A stretch of 64,000 nucleotides of DNA from Hypanus sabinus (taxonomy: Eukaryota), in contig NC_082731.1 of assembly GCF_030144855.1 (NCBI RefSeq), positions 26,226,001 through 26,290,000 on the forward strand, written 5' to 3'. Positions 23,142-36,152 of this stretch are shown here, in pieces. The position numbers and the translations under genes were made by a program. The stretch's first letter is position 1. Each line of letters begins with the position of its first letter. The notes below the pieces were generated by a model. That model ran no database searches and was not told where the DNA came from. It saw only the letters and a program-made list of their open reading frames with translations.

Positions 23142-24078
23142 GTGAGTGGATTTTGTATTGTACACAGTATAGGTTAGAATCGGGAACGTTACCTACTAAT
23201 ACACTATCGCTTTTGAGAAAGAATCGGATAAATGTAGAATCATGTTCAAATTGCAGGTCTAGGACGAAAGGGTCAGGGTGTGGAATTCGAGAATTCCTTG
23301 CAAAGAGGTAGGTCAATGCTCTGTGCTGTAACTGTTACATGAAACTGAGTGGGAGGAAATAGGATACCAATTCCGACCATTCACAATCATAAGAATTCAC
23401 TTGTTTTCTTTCTTTCCCGTTTCTAACAAAAACTGCGTGTGGTGTCATAACCCTGTTTCTTTCCCCCATTGGTGCCAACTGGCCTGCTGCACGGATCCAG
23501 CATTATCCAGTATGTTCGAACAAAAGCATGTAATTCAGCAACTTAGCAGTGGGAAACTAACGGCTCATCCGAGTCAGTGAACATTTTGTTTGCCCTTTCG
23601 CTCTCTCGTGAAGTCATCGATTCGTATACCATATTGTCAATGCCGAATTCCCACCATCGACACGAATCCCATTTGCCTCCATTATAAACGTATCCTTCTA
23701 TACGATCTTTCAGCATCTAGTTTGGTGTTACTACTCTTCAGCGTAATAATTGTATGGGATTCCACGGCATTTTTATTCAACGTGTTCTAGATACTAACTA
23801 CACTCTATGTACTAAAACCTTCCATACAGCTCTGTGGAAGGAATAAATTGAAAGCGTTTGAATTGCCGATTTCCTCAGGTGAGTAAGCCTATGACTAATA
23901 ATCGCCGAAATTATATTTCATTCACCACTAAACACAATCACGATGATGAGCAAGCCAACGGGTTGAAAGACTTAGTGCCTGGAAATGAATGATCAACTCA
24001 CACGGCTGATGTGGAAAGGTACCACGCGGTAGATTCGAGGCACTGAATGGAGTTTTTGTAAGCTTCTTCCACACCGTG

Positions 24079-24144
24079 TGAATTACGGAGGAGCAAATGA
24101 CAAGTTAATCTTTGGAAAGGGGACGAAGGTATCAGTGGAACCCA
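24079..24144 (+). CDS. TRAJ: TRAJ segment NYGGANDKLIFGKGTKVSVEP
   Basis: RSS agtttttgt(24051)-12-caccgtg; donor gtaagt. Confidence 0.95.
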
Positions 24145-25539
24145 GTAAGTATGAACAAAAGCAACTAATGGCATTCAAGGCAAGTTCCAAAAGTTGTATT
24201 TACTTAGTGGCGTGCAAGAAATGTCCAAAAGTGATGTGAATTGGCTTGTTCTCGATGTTCTCGATTTAATGTCACCATTGATGCTGTAAATGGGGAATCG
24301 TATGTCACACGTTCCCCACAAATATCTACAATTTTGACACGGGCAGACAGCAAGGTACGAACAAAATGTCAAATAAAATATGAGCTCTGCGCATCACGAG
24401 ATACTATAATTGGTAACGAAAAGATTGGTTTCAAATAGCGACTTAAACGAGGAGTGTCTGCAAGATACGAGTCACTCAGGGAGAGTATTTCAGAGTTTGG
24501 GCTATCTGCAAAATTGGAAGTTTGTGAGGGCTGGTGACATAACCAATAATCGTGTATGGAAATAGATGTAATTGCCTCTATTGCCATCAATAATCTAATA
24601 ACTAAGTGTGTGGAATGTACGAGTTGATACAAATTTGGACAAAATGACGGTTCCGAAGTTGATCATTTTAAGTCAACGTCACCAACCATGGACTAAGGCC
24701 AGTACTTGAAAAAAAAGTAGATTGATGAATTGATTTACTGTTGAGACATTTTCCGAACTGAAATCGGAAATCGATTTTATATGCCATTCACCTATATTAA
24801 TCAATTATAACAATGCATTGAGTTGTAAAAGGTAACACAATAACAGATTTCAAGATTAAGTATTGCGATTACAGAAAAGATGCAGTGCAGGTAGACAATA
24901 AAGTGGAAGTTTATAATGAGGTATACGGGGGGTGTCAGGATTCCACGTTCTCGTAATAGAGAATCGTTCAACAGCTGTATAAAAACTGGATAGAAGCTAT
25001 CCTTGAGCCTTGACAACAACAACTTTGAGTCTTCCTCGTTTAGTTTAAATAACATTAGACGCTATGCAATAATTACCAGATTGACACACAGTGATATATT
25101 CCGTTGATCTGTATAATTGCGTCCACCGCCTATATTTCTAATTTCAGGATAACTACTTGGATTATATCTGAGAATTTTGACTATATATCTGCAGAAAAAT
25201 GTAAAACTAGATTATTCTAACTTCATGTATTTGTTGTTCATGGCTAAAAGAATATATGTGGTGTGTATCATTTATATGCTTGTATTTACATCTTAATATG
25301 TGTATCAAAATATAAGCGTGTTTGTGCATGGTATTTTTTCGTGTCTTTGTTTAAGTGTGGTAAGTAGTGTATGTGTGCCTGACAGATAGTGCCTTTACGT
25401 GCTTGTATCTGATTGCACGTGGGTATGCGTCCATGCTTGTGCGTGCCTAGGTAAGAAGAGATAGAGAATGAGAGAGGGTGGGTGACAAAGGTTGAGAAAG
25501 CGGAGGCAAAGCAAGAGGGGAGGAAAGAAAGAAATCGCA

Positions 25540-25542
<3 letters not shown>

Positions 25543-25580
<38 letters not shown>
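25543..25580. repeat. (GT)n microsatellite
   Basis: About 19 GT units. Confidence 0.98.
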
Positions 25581-25582
<2 letters not shown>

Positions 25583-26031
25583 ATACATGCGTGAGAGGGT
25601 TCAAATACAGCCACGGAGTGGCTGAGTCCAGTTTCTTCGAAGATGAACTGAGCCCCTACCCTACTCATGGGACATGTGCGGACCACTTAGCAGGGTCAAT
25701 GTCCAGACATTCCTAATACTGGTCGGGTAAGATTAATGCCTGTTTACTTACCTGAGCAAACAGTTCATCTTATTCATATATTTCTAATTGTTGTGGAAGG
25801 GGGTTGTAAGGGACAAAATTGAAAATATATGCAAAGATCTAGGTGAAGGTTTTTTAAGAGAATTGAGCTCGAAATCAGATGAAGTGAAGTAGCCGGATAA
25901 AGTTATAATGCATCGAAACTGCAATTGTCAAAGGAACAGGAGTCAGGAAGTCATCGAGGTGCTAAGGAAAACGCTTGTTCGCCCGATTAAGTAATCATAA
26001 CAAGGTTTCTGCAATGTCATCTAAGGCTGTG

Positions 26032-26097
26032 TGAGTGGATCTGGAATAGGGTATCGTCTAATCTTCGGAACTGGGACTAAACTAACTGTTGAGTCGA
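26032..26097 (+). CDS. TRAJ: TRAJ segment SGSGIGYRLIFGTGTKLTVES
   Basis: RSS ggtttctgc(26004)-12-ggctgtg; donor gtgagt. Confidence 0.92.
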
Positions 26098-26467
26098 GTG
26101 AGTATTGTAAGGGTTCGTTTGTGCTTTTGACCAGAGTAGGGATTTCTGTAAAGTAACTCTTTCCTGCAACATCTGGGTTATTTTGCGAAATATTTCATTA
26201 TTAGTTATATGCGTTTCAGTTCGCCGAGTGAGCCCTACATCAGGGAGTAACGATCTTACCGCCGGCTTTAGAACATAAGTACAGAAGTCTAGGTTGATAT
26301 TTTAGACCTGGTGCGTTTTATTGTCAGAGGTATTGAATTTACACAGCCTGAGCCGTGTCATCAAAATATGGATTATAACGATTGCTCGGGATTACGTGGT
26401 TGTCCAGTGTTACCTGTGTGTTGGTGCAGAGAGGACTGTAGTTTTTGTTTGAGGGTGCCATGTTGTG

Positions 26468-26529
26468 GATAACCTCAGGCAACACAAAGCTCATCTTTGG
26501 CAAAGGGACCAAACTGACGGTGGAGCCAA
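26468..26529 (+). CDS. TRAJ: TRAJ segment ITSGNTKLIFGKGTKLTVEP
   Basis: RSS agtttttgt(26440)-12-tgttgtg; donor gtgagt. Confidence 0.93.
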
Positions 26530-26579
26530 GTGAGTAAACCAAACCTACTCTTCATCAAATGAAGACCGCCTTACCTGCG

Positions 26580-26637
26580 GTAGAAATTGTCACGGGTCAT
26601 TAATTTGGGACTGGGGATAAGTTCGTGGTATTCCCAT
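26580..26637 (+). pseudogene. Possible TRAJ relic (*FGTGDKFVVFP)
   Basis: ttt ggg act ggg gat aag ttc gtg gta ttc cca, with an upstream stop, no GT donor and no clear RSS. Confidence 0.45.
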
Positions 26638-27646
26638 TTCGTTTGTGTTAGAAGCTCATGTTAAGTCACTAATAACATAGATATAATAGGACCTGTTTAT
26701 TTGTTTCCGTAATGACTGATAAATGTTTAGATGCTTTATGTGCTTCTAGTTAGAATCAACAAGGAATCTGACTGGGTTACGCATTTTCTTCTCTAAACAA
26801 ATGGTTAATGGGGTGAAAATGAGCCGGAATAGTGGAACAGTGAAAATGTTTGCTTTTATGAGAGTGAGAGTGACAAAGGTATTCCAACTGATGCTTCTCT
26901 CAAGAGTAGGATTTACGGCTGAGCCGAACATTTTGCGTGTACTTACTGTGCATTACTTTTTGTCGAAGTAATGTCCTCGAAGTTGCAAGCATACTGAACT
27001 TAGCTGACACATAATGGCTTCGAATAGCAGAACTGCGCGTCCTGCCGAAGCCCTGTCGGTTAAAATGCAGAGAAAATATTCGCAAAAAGGCAGGATTTTA
27101 GAATTTTGATCATTGGCATATAATCAAACCATATAGCAACAAGTTCTTCGGCTCGACATGACAATGCGAACTATTATGCAATCATCTCTACTAGCTGCGA
27201 ACTAATCCATTTTTATTGTTAATAAGGCTTTCATAACAATTTGATTACTAACAGAACTGTTTCTGAGGGAGTTTGTAAACTATAGTGTTGATAATGATCG
27301 CGGATTAAAAGACAGGGTGTAAAGAGCGAATGATACAATTATGGTGGATAGTTGATTTCAGTTATTTTGGATAATACAGTCTAAGATGTCAGCGAACGGC
27401 TAGTGTTGTATTCTACAACAGACATTTTTAAAGTTTTATTGATAGGGCCTGTAAACTTTGATGTCAGAGCAGAAAATTCGCGGGGCTCCGGATCGCCATC
27501 AGACGGAGACTAAACTCTTCCAGCAGAAGTTGTGAACGAACCCAGTTCACGGGAGCTGGAAGGAAACAGTACTACCTGCTAAAGCACGGCTACGTTGCGG
27601 AAACGCTGCCCTGGCCTCAGTGTTTGCAGTATGCTTCAATGTTGAG

Positions 27647-27712
27647 TGGGTTGTGATAAGGGGTCTTACATTATAACCTTCGCCGGTGGCAAGAAGTTGC
27701 TCATAAAACTCA
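27647..27712 (+). pseudogene. Probable pseudo-TRAJ GCDKGSYIITFAGGKKLLIKL
   Basis: agtgtttgc(27619)-12-tgttgag (invariant GTG lost); FAGG motif; donor gtact. Confidence 0.55.
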
Positions 27713-28277
27713 GTACTCATATTAATGTTTTATATAAAATCTAACATTGCTCTGTACAGCCAAGTTTTAAAATACGTCAGCCTCATTAAATATTGTTTAA
27801 AAGTTGATAGTTAATTTCGGTTAACTGTGGACATTGATAGAGCCTCGTAGCCTTCTATCTTTGTCAGTCTCGAGAGCGAATGACACAGGCAGAGAGTTCC
27901 AAGCTTCAGAAATGGAGTCCGGGTGAAATATAAAGCAACAATGGTTTTGTCATTTTAGGAAAGTTTATAAGCTATAATACATCACGAAGATTGGCATGTA
28001 AATGGCACAGGCTGGTTCCGATCCTGAATTAAATGACTTCATTAATGAAAACAATACTGAACTGATCCAAATAACAGCCTCAAACAACTGTGCTACAGCA
28101 GTTATTATATGTTAGTGCAAGAGCTCAGAGGTTATATCTATGGCTGGCATTTATCATCTCAAGCTTAAATAAAAAGCTTCGATATGGATTAAAGATGACC
28201 TGTACCCACCCAGACAACGTCAATCGGTCATGGAGGAAGAACGATCACGGTTTTTTTCCTGAGGATATTTCACTGTG

Positions 28278-28340
28278 TTTACTACGAAACATGGAGCAAG
28301 CTCAATTTTGGAGCAGGAACCCGTCTGATCGTGACTGCAG
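28278..28340 (+). CDS. TRAJ: TRAJ segment YYETWSKLNFGAGTRLIVTA
   Basis: RSS gtttttttc(28250)-12-cactgtg; donor gtaagt. Confidence 0.93.
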
Positions 28341-29360
28341 GTAAGTCTCCTGGCGACTTATAGTGTCAGCAGAAAAGAATTTGTACCGGGTTTCCAACTT
28401 GAATCCAAATCCTAAGCAGTTGCTAACTGTACCGGTGCTGCCTGATTGCTTCCGCGAGCTAATTTTCGGTGCCCTTTGTCGGTCTGGTTTGAACATACTC
28501 ATTCTGACTGTGTGGTATTCATTCCAGTGCTCCTTTTACTGTTTCAACAGGTTTATTGGCCACTGTACACTACCTTTAATACGCATGGGAAATAATATCA
28601 GGCAGATGTACGTTGAAAGAACCAAATGGAATATAAATGGGGTTAGATTAAATTACTTCTTTTGGTTGCCGTGAACGCAACGCATCGGATGACCGATTTG
28701 TGTGTCGATGAGGCAACGCTAATGAATGGTCTCTGGCCGAATCGCCAACTGTTCATGTTCCTCCAATAATATTGCCTCACCTCATAAGTTCCTCCAAAAT
28801 TTGAGTGTCTGTGTGTGTGTCGTGTAGGCCAGTGGTACACTTTTGTGAAGGTGACACAAATCACTGGCAAAAAAAAATTCTTCAGTTAGCTCCAGTCAGC
28901 AACGGAGGGGGCGGGGAGGAAATCCAAACAGATTGCAGGAATAATTCTCACAGAGAGTTGTTGGAAATGATTGGAAGAGAGACTACGAACTGAATGGGGG
29001 AGGAGAGTTTGGTGGCATCAAGAACAGCAAGTAATCTTCTTTGCATTTGAAAAGTATTGAATGACCATTTCATATCCCTCATCTTTAAAGTCCCAGGGTT
29101 AGAATGGTGGAACAGATGACTAACGTTCTCAGAATCACAGTCAGTTGACGTACTTTATTTGTTTTAGACAGAGTAGAACGAAGGCCATTCTTCTTTAGCG
29201 CAATTTTCTATCATTCTAAGATCATTATTGGACAACAGTTCTCTATTCTAACAAGCTCCTGGCTGTAGATTTCGTCGTTCAGCCCCTGATAGCATTGCGC
29301 CCACGTGTGGTGTGCAGTGAGGGGGCGGGAGTAGTTTTTGCCTGGATGTTTCTCGCTGTG

Positions 29361-29423
29361 TGTATATGGCAGGGTTAGATAAGTTTCTGTTTGGATCTGG
29401 GACTAAACTCACTGTGATACCAA
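29361..29423 (+). CDS. TRAJ: TRAJ segment YMAGLDKFLFGSGTKLTVIP
   Basis: RSS agtttttgc(29333)-12-cgctgtg; donor gtaagt. Confidence 0.94.
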
Positions 29424-31237
29424 GTAAGTACTTCCATCTCCCCGACACTACATCTGCAGCTGGTTTTTAGATTTCCGCATTCAACACAAAGCCGTAAGGA
29501 AATATGTGGCACGATTGGGCGTACTGGCTTAAAGGTCCAAGGCTTCACATATAGGGATCCATTGCAGTTAGAGTCAGAATTCACCAAAGCTTGAAGTTGT
29601 GTTTATATATGTAGAAATACTGAATGGACACAAGAAAATCGAAAGCTGGCCGTTCCGCCTATTAGGTCCATGTGGCTCTGAAGGGTGCTATCCTATCAGT
29701 CCTATTTCATTCTTCATGATTTTCCCAACCTTACCACCTCCGCTTTGATAGTTAATTGCACTGGAGGGTAATTTATAATTATTCGGATGCATGTCTTGGG
29801 AATGTTGGGGGAAACGGGGCACCTGAGAGAAAACCAGGAAGAACGAGTAAACTTCACCCGGTTAGTGTGCAGTTAGTTCTGCTCCACACAGTTAGTATTC
29901 TGTGTGTGTGGAGTTAATGACTGAACCCGCCCTTCTAACGCTCTGAGTTGCTAAACTACTAGACGATAGCTCTGTCGCGTTACAGTTAGATGTTTTGTTT
30001 GAGAAATTATTAAAACTATGTACAGTAATACATCTGTGAGATTTCCTATTTCCGGAAGGAAGGGGAATCTAATTTTGTGGGAGGGAAGGTTGAGAGTAGT
30101 CTCAATCTGAATTTTAGTACTGCAAAGGATTGAAACGGGTTTCTCGAGTGTAATTCATGGGAGTTATGGACAGGAAAGTGAAAGGTAAACTAAGATGTAT
30201 TGTTGTGATGAGATTATGTAAGATGGCTGTTTAGCGACTGAAGTCGAAGTGCTTAATTGGAATCTGTCTCCTTTTCCTGGGATGTAAGTGCTTTACAATA
30301 CTTAGGCATAGTTCATGGGATACTCTTAAGCAATAGTTTTGGCCAGGGATGCCTGCATGGTGACTGAAACTCTCCTTCAATGTTAACTGATATCATGTCC
30401 GCTTCCTGTGAAAACTTTTGCTCAGAAAGATTCATTAATCCTCTTTCTGGAAGTCCCTGCAAATCTCTGAGGCAAGCACTAAGGCTTAGAATCAGTTCTC
30501 GTCGACAACTTGGCTTGAACTTTGAGAGCAAATGTGCGTGTTGTGTGGTAGGAAAGAAAGGGCTTTGTTGAGCTGGAAAATAAAATTGCTAAGTTCCATG
30601 GGTCTCCTTTGCAAAATCGACTCTCGGGTTATAAATGAAAACTCTCTAGATTGGGTTTGGGGAAGGAATCTGCCTATTTCTAAAATTAAGCAGGTGATTC
30701 TCTATTGTTGTATAGCTTCTTCATATTACAATAAAAGACATTTTAATTAAGGCGATCAAGTCTAATATTCATCCCATCTGCATTTGACATTTTTCTCTTC
30801 ACACTTGTTGATTCTGCCTGTGTACACTTCGCTAATCCCTGTTGTGGCCCTTGCAGTTACCCTACAGGTAATCTGGGTTCCTCTAACATACTGAAATATA
30901 AATTGTAAACCACTATTTCGCGCAAGAAAGGGGCAAGAGGATCAAGGGAAACGACTGGATTCAGGTTAGAAACAGAAATTTAACGAGCAAGTGGAAAAAA
31001 TATGAAGGACTTTTTCATAAAAAAGCAAGTTGTGTGGTTCTAATAGCGTTGCTGCTCTTGGAGTCAACATTCAATTAATGATCCGAATAGCCTTCCCGCC
31101 CTGTGATGCTATAAGCCAGTCCCAATTGTGCATACTCTTTACCGGTTCGCCGTACAGCTGTCACCATTTTGCAGTTAACACCCTTCACCACTGCTCATTG
31201 GAACAAGTGAGTTATTGTCCAGGTGAGTGTCAACGTG

Positions 31238-31303
31238 TGGGTAATGTTGGAAGCTCTGGAAAGTTGATATTCGCTCCAGGAACGAAACTAACTGTGATAG
31301 CCA
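31238..31303 (+). CDS. TRAJ: TRAJ segment GNVGSSGKLIFAPGTKLTVIA (FAPG variant)
   Basis: RSS agttattgt(31210)-12-caacgtg; donor gtaagt. Confidence 0.85.
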
Positions 31304-31730
31304 GTAAGTTCCTTAACATGCACGTCCTTGTGTACAATTCACGGGCATGATGTTGTAGGTTTTTTTTAGCAATCGTAAATAAAGCGAACTTGTAATCTCC
31401 TAGGACAATTCTGCTGAAGAATGCGTTAAGATAGTGATGAGTGAATATTACAGGACCTGGGGGAACTATAGTCTTTTTTTTCAGTATATTCCTTTTAATT
31501 CGTATGTTTTTTCGCAGCTTCGGAACTTATCTAACATCATGTAAAAATGTCCATCCGGATTTAATTCTTGCTCAAAGCTACTAAATATTCAAAGTTTCAA
31601 CATGCCAGAGTAGATAGCGCATTGACGAAAAGTAACAGGCATACAGTAATAACATGCAGACTGCACATTGCCCCACCTCAAATAATGCGTTTGAGTACTC
31701 TGGGTTTTTGTTAAGGCATAGTCTACTGTG

Positions 31731-31795
31731 TGATTATGGAAGCACGCAAGGAAAGTTAATATTTGGAGAAGGAACCCGCATAATCGTGGTACCCA
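31731..31795 (+). CDS. TRAJ: TRAJ segment DYGSTQGKLIFGEGTRIIVVP
   Basis: RSS ggtttttgt(31703)-12-tactgtg; donor gtaagt. Confidence 0.95.
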
Positions 31796-32917
31796 GTAAG
31801 TATGTTTCCATTAGCTGAGTTAATATAGAGGCATAACATAATCACAGAAGGATAACATGTCTCCCAGGATATAATGCCCAGTACTCGCCTTTGCACCATG
31901 TCCACTAACATTAATGTATCAATCTCATCTATGCTGAATTAACTAACAGAGAAGCTATCGCTATTTGTCAATGACGTCTCCGACTTCGGCAATCCTGTGA
32001 GTGCATAATTACACCGAAAAAGACATGTATAAATGACCATGAGCACAGGTCCGTTTCCAATGGAGCAACACGATCAGTCTCATTCCTCAATTCCTTATTT
32101 CCTGTATCCTAGCAACATATCCTGCCTTTCATACACATGCCCTCATTAATTCCTTACCATTACTTACACCGCGGAGCAATTTATAGCAAGCTCTTAATCT
32201 ACCAAAGTGTCATTGGGAAACGGGTGGAAACTAGAGCACCTGCAGGATACTCCCGTATTCACAGAGCGAACGAGTAAAATTAGAACAAACTGCCTCGGAG
32301 TTTAAAAATGAACTAGGGTCATTGGAGCACGGAACTCCAACGACAACGGGATTAATTTCTTTCTGCATTCGTAAATGCCTTTGTTGCTTGAAAATCGTTC
32401 TTGCTGCTTGAATGCATTTGTAAGATGTTATGCCATGGTTTGGCAAGACTGAATATGGTCCAAGTGTTCGAAAGAAGGGCCAGGATGATTCCAATCGTAG
32501 ATCACAGTTGAAATCGTTTTATTTGTAAAACAATACAAACCAAATGTAGTTTGTGAGACATAACTTTCGATTATTTCATAGTCACGGGTGATCATAAAAT
32601 GGTGATTCCATCAGGTGCATTTCCCTTTGTAGAGCATGCAGCTCCCGTTAGGATGCATGCGGAATAACAGTTAGCGGGCGAGCTTTTCCTTGGACATTTG
32701 TTGGTGTGTGAAAGCAGCAATGTCTAAGTAGACTTTGTTTTCCATATTGACTAAACTCAATATGACAGCGAGTAAATACTTCCTTCCCCTACCACCGTTT
32801 CAATATCTTACAAAAGCCGCAAAATGCATAAATCAAAACTAACAATAATAAGCTATTAAGGGACATCGTAGCACTTCAAGTAATATGATGGATTCCTTTA
32901 AAATTCTGTCTACCATG

Positions 32918-32982
32918 TGATTATGAAGCCATGCAAAGATAGATAACATTTGGAGAATGAAACGGAATAAATTTGGCACACA
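32918..32982 (+). pseudogene. Pseudo-TRAJ, decayed paralog of J 31731
   Basis: ggattcctt-12(...gtc)-taccatg tgattatg...ttt gga gaa tga...gtaaat; aligns to 31703-31800; FGE* stop. Confidence 0.7.
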
Positions 32983-33282
32983 GTAAATATAATCCCGCAG
33001 AATTGAAGAGACTATAGAGAGAATAAAATGGGTTCTATGAAGGATGAATGCACCGAGGTACTTGATACTCTATGCGGAATCGATGGACAGAATAACGTGG
33101 TTCCGCGGTACTGGATTATAATTCTAAAAAGGAGTTAAGAGTTTCCCTAAGTTCGTGGAGGGGAGAAAGTAGACCAGGAAGAAGATAGCGAGTTTCGAAT
33201 TTGTGAGACAATTTAGTATGGCAGAAGAAGACAGTTTCAGTGTCAGGTCTGACTGCAAAACGTTTTTGTGATGGATAACGTG

Positions 33283-33341
33283 TGAATACAGCAGTGATGA
33301 GTTGATATTTGGCATCGGAACCAAACAGACTGTAGAACTCA
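33283..33341 (+). pseudogene. TRAJ EYSSDELIFGIGTKQTVEL with RSS spacer shortened to 6 bp
   Basis: cgtttttgt(33261)-gatgga-taacgtg; open frame and donor gtaagt intact. Paralog of 38429. Confidence 0.8.
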
Positions 33342-33913
33342 GTAAGTAAGGCAATATATTTATGAAAGCGTTAATAACGATTGTCAATTCAAGGCAAATG
33401 GTCGACAAAGTTTTTATTAACTCCTGCAGAAATTTTATCCTTAAACTAAATTCCTTTATTGTGCAGCAGCATAACTCAGATACCAGAACTGCAGCTGCAA
33501 ACTCAGCTCCGCTCTTGTCTGTCTGTATGGATCTTCAGCGTTTGTTTCTGATTGTGTGGGATGGCTTTGGGACCTCTGGTTTCATACACGTTACAAAGAT
33601 CGGCGAGTTTGGTGAAGGGTTTATTTCGTCACTGGAATTTGGCACTGGCGGATGGGTATGTGGTCAAATCTCCAGCGGGAGGGAGCAGAATTTGATGGCC
33701 ATGTGGGAAGAATACAATGGTACTGTTGTGGATCGTGTCTGGTTATCAGTGTGCATCTTTCGGTTACTCCATTAACCTATTTAACAGTTCAGGAAACCTC
33801 TGTACCAATATAACCTTTTGAGCACCGAACTGCAGGAACTTTAATTGGTCCTGTGCTCGTAACTGCTTTTGGGGAAAACACGAACAATGTCGAAGAAACA
33901 TATCACAAAGTAA

Positions 33914-34316
33914 CATAGCAACATAGAAACCCTACAGCACAATACAGCCACTTCGGCCCACAAAGTTCTGCCGAACATGTCCCTACCTTAGAAATTACTA
34001 GGCTTACCCATAGACCTCTATTTTTCTATGCTCCATATACCTATCCAAAATTCTCTGGAAAAAAACCCTATCGTATGCGTCTCCACCACCCATTCCACGC
34101 ACTCACCACTTTCTGCATAAAAACTTACCCCTGACATCTCCTCAGTACCTACTCCCCAGTACGTTAAATAAACCTGCGCCCTCCTGTGACAACCATTTCA
34201 GCCCTGGGAAAAAGCCTCTGACTATCCACCCGATCAATACCTCACATCATCTTATACACCTCTATCATGTCACCTCTCATAGTCCGTCGCTCCGAGAAGA
34301 AAGGGCTGATTTCGCT
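33914..34316 (-). mobile_element. 5'-truncated CR1 insertion specific to triplication copy 1, 8-bp TSD
   Basis: caaagtaa at 33906-33913 and 34317-34324. Copies 2 and 3 have the empty site (tatcacaaagtaaacc, tatcacaaagtgaatc). Confidence 0.88.
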
Positions 34317-34742
34317 CAAAGTAAACCAATAATGCGTATTACGCGCATAATGCTGCCAAGGCATTTCATTGCGGACTAATAATAATTATGCACACTAAAA
34401 CGAAGTTAATAAACAAGACTTCCCTGAGGCAGAACTGCAACTGAGGAGTTATATTAAACACGATGCTAATTTAGTTGATTAAGCCGAGAATCGTGATTAA
34501 TATAACTCCTCGTTCCTTCAATGGTGCCGAGTTTTCAGATGCAAGTTGAATAAAATGGCGAAATGACAGTAGTATGGTTGCTTCTCTGCCCAGTTCGTTT
34601 CATGATACAGGTAGCTATCATTATTTCAAAAATGCTATTACGCGTGAACATTAAACATAGCACGTGGAAGAAATCGGAGTCAACACGTCCTCTACAGATC
34701 AATATAGCCCCAGGACATTTTGTACTGCGAGTTGGAACTGTG

Positions 34743-34808
34743 TGAATGCAGGTGGCGGTGCGAACAAACTGATATTCGGATCAGGGACCATGTTAACCGT
34801 GACGCCCA
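34743..34808 (+). CDS. TRAJ: TRAJ segment NAGGGANKLIFGSGTMLTVTP
   Basis: RSS acattttgt(34715)-12-aactgtg; donor gtaagt. Confidence 0.93.
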
Positions 34809-35559
34809 GTAAGTGAATCAAAATAATCCTCGTTAATGTCCTTGCACTCGTAACAAAACGATAAAATCTGAACATAATTAACAGGGCAGACAGAAAGTAT
34901 GGAAGAAAATACTTCTGTATTAACGGTTCAGTTCGAAAACCCGACCTGGTGCGTGTTACAGACCGATTCCCTCCTTAGTTCAGTTTTCCAAACCCTACAA
35001 GGATGTTTTACGGATTGTACTGCTGGTGTTAGTGTCCAATTTACAAATAGGCAAATTCTGTTCAATATACAGAAGTTGTAGGCACCCAGCAAGTCCGGCA
35101 ACATCTGTGGAGCTAAATGAGCCATTGATATCAGCTATGTGTCCCATGCCCATTCCTGATAGAGCAATCTTATCTGACACTTTCCCTCTCTATTATCCTT
35201 GCAACTTATTCTCTTTCATATGCAAGACATTCAATCAATCAATAATTATATGTAATAGTAAGATATCAATCAATAATTATAATGGTAAACCCTCAACTGG
35301 ACACATCACATTAAACAACTGGTTCAACCCATTGCTCCGGGTTTCAATGATCTAAAATATCGGCCGCATACCGGCATAACAGTGACAGCCAGTTATTTGA
35401 TACAGGCAAGTCCCAAAATATTATCCTTTAATTTATAAATCTGTATTCCTGACTTGCAAGACATTCGGGTGCAAGAATGCAACAGGCAATTACACTTAAG
35501 TTGAAATAATTTACGAGAAAATAAGTGTACAGCACAGATGTCACTGTGGCGCATCACGT

Positions 35560-35860
35560 ACAGCTGGTGCCGTCCAGCTCCAGCTATCAATTTTAATGCT
35601 AACATCCATGCTGCCTGTATGGAGTTTGCACGTTCTCGCAAAGACTGCGTGGATTTATTCCCACATCCTACTGATTTGCAGGTCGGGAAGTTAATTGGGC
35701 ACTGTACGTGTAACTTCTCACCGGTTTACACGTGTAATCCGGCGGAATTGATAGGATTTCAGAAAGAATAAAATGGGTTCAGTGAAGGATCAATGTATTT
35801 GGGCACTTGATGCCTTGTGCGTAATCGATGGACAGAATTACGTGGTTGCATGATTTTCCA
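35560..35860 (+). mobile_element. V-SINE-like element at the triplication junction (paralog about 37.9-38.2 kb; 3' half also at about 33.0-33.1 kb)
   Basis: atggagtttgcacgttctc...gactgcgtggattt...cccaca...gcaggt...aattgggcactgta, an HE1/V-SINE-like core (recalled). Confidence 0.6.
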
Positions 35861-36090
35861 TTATAATTCTATAAGAAATAAAGAATTCACTGATGCATAA
35901 AGGGTTTTATTGGGAACATGTGTCGAATGACAGTCTCCCACAAATAGTGGAGGGGAGAAACACTGTTTAAAGTCGGCCAGTAAGGAGAAGGAGGGTTTCT
36001 ATCAGGCAGACAACTTAGTAAGGCAGAAGAAGATAGTTTCAGAGTCAGGTCTGACAGCAAAAGGTTTTCGTGATGGTACCGGACGATAGT

Positions 36091-36152
36091 AAATACAGCA
36101 CCAGGAACGCCGTTGATATTTGGCGCCGGATCTAAGCTGACGACAGTACTCA
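36091..36152 (+). pseudogene. Pseudo-TRAJ NTAPGTPLIFGAGSKLTTVL
   Basis: ggttttcgt(36063)-12-cgatagt (heptamer broken); donor mutated to gaaagt. Paralog of 38429. Confidence 0.85.

Noticed and set aside
23398-23434. cacttgt...acaaaaact as a V/D-type 23-RSS
   Set aside because: Spacer is 21 bp, the heptamer is poor, and there is no coding segment upstream.
25286-25716. THTHTH and CVCVCV ORFs (also SLSLSL at 48930-49112)
   Set aside because: Microsatellite translations.
30075-30110. J-like LILWEGRLRVVS
   Set aside because: No FGxG, donor or RSS.
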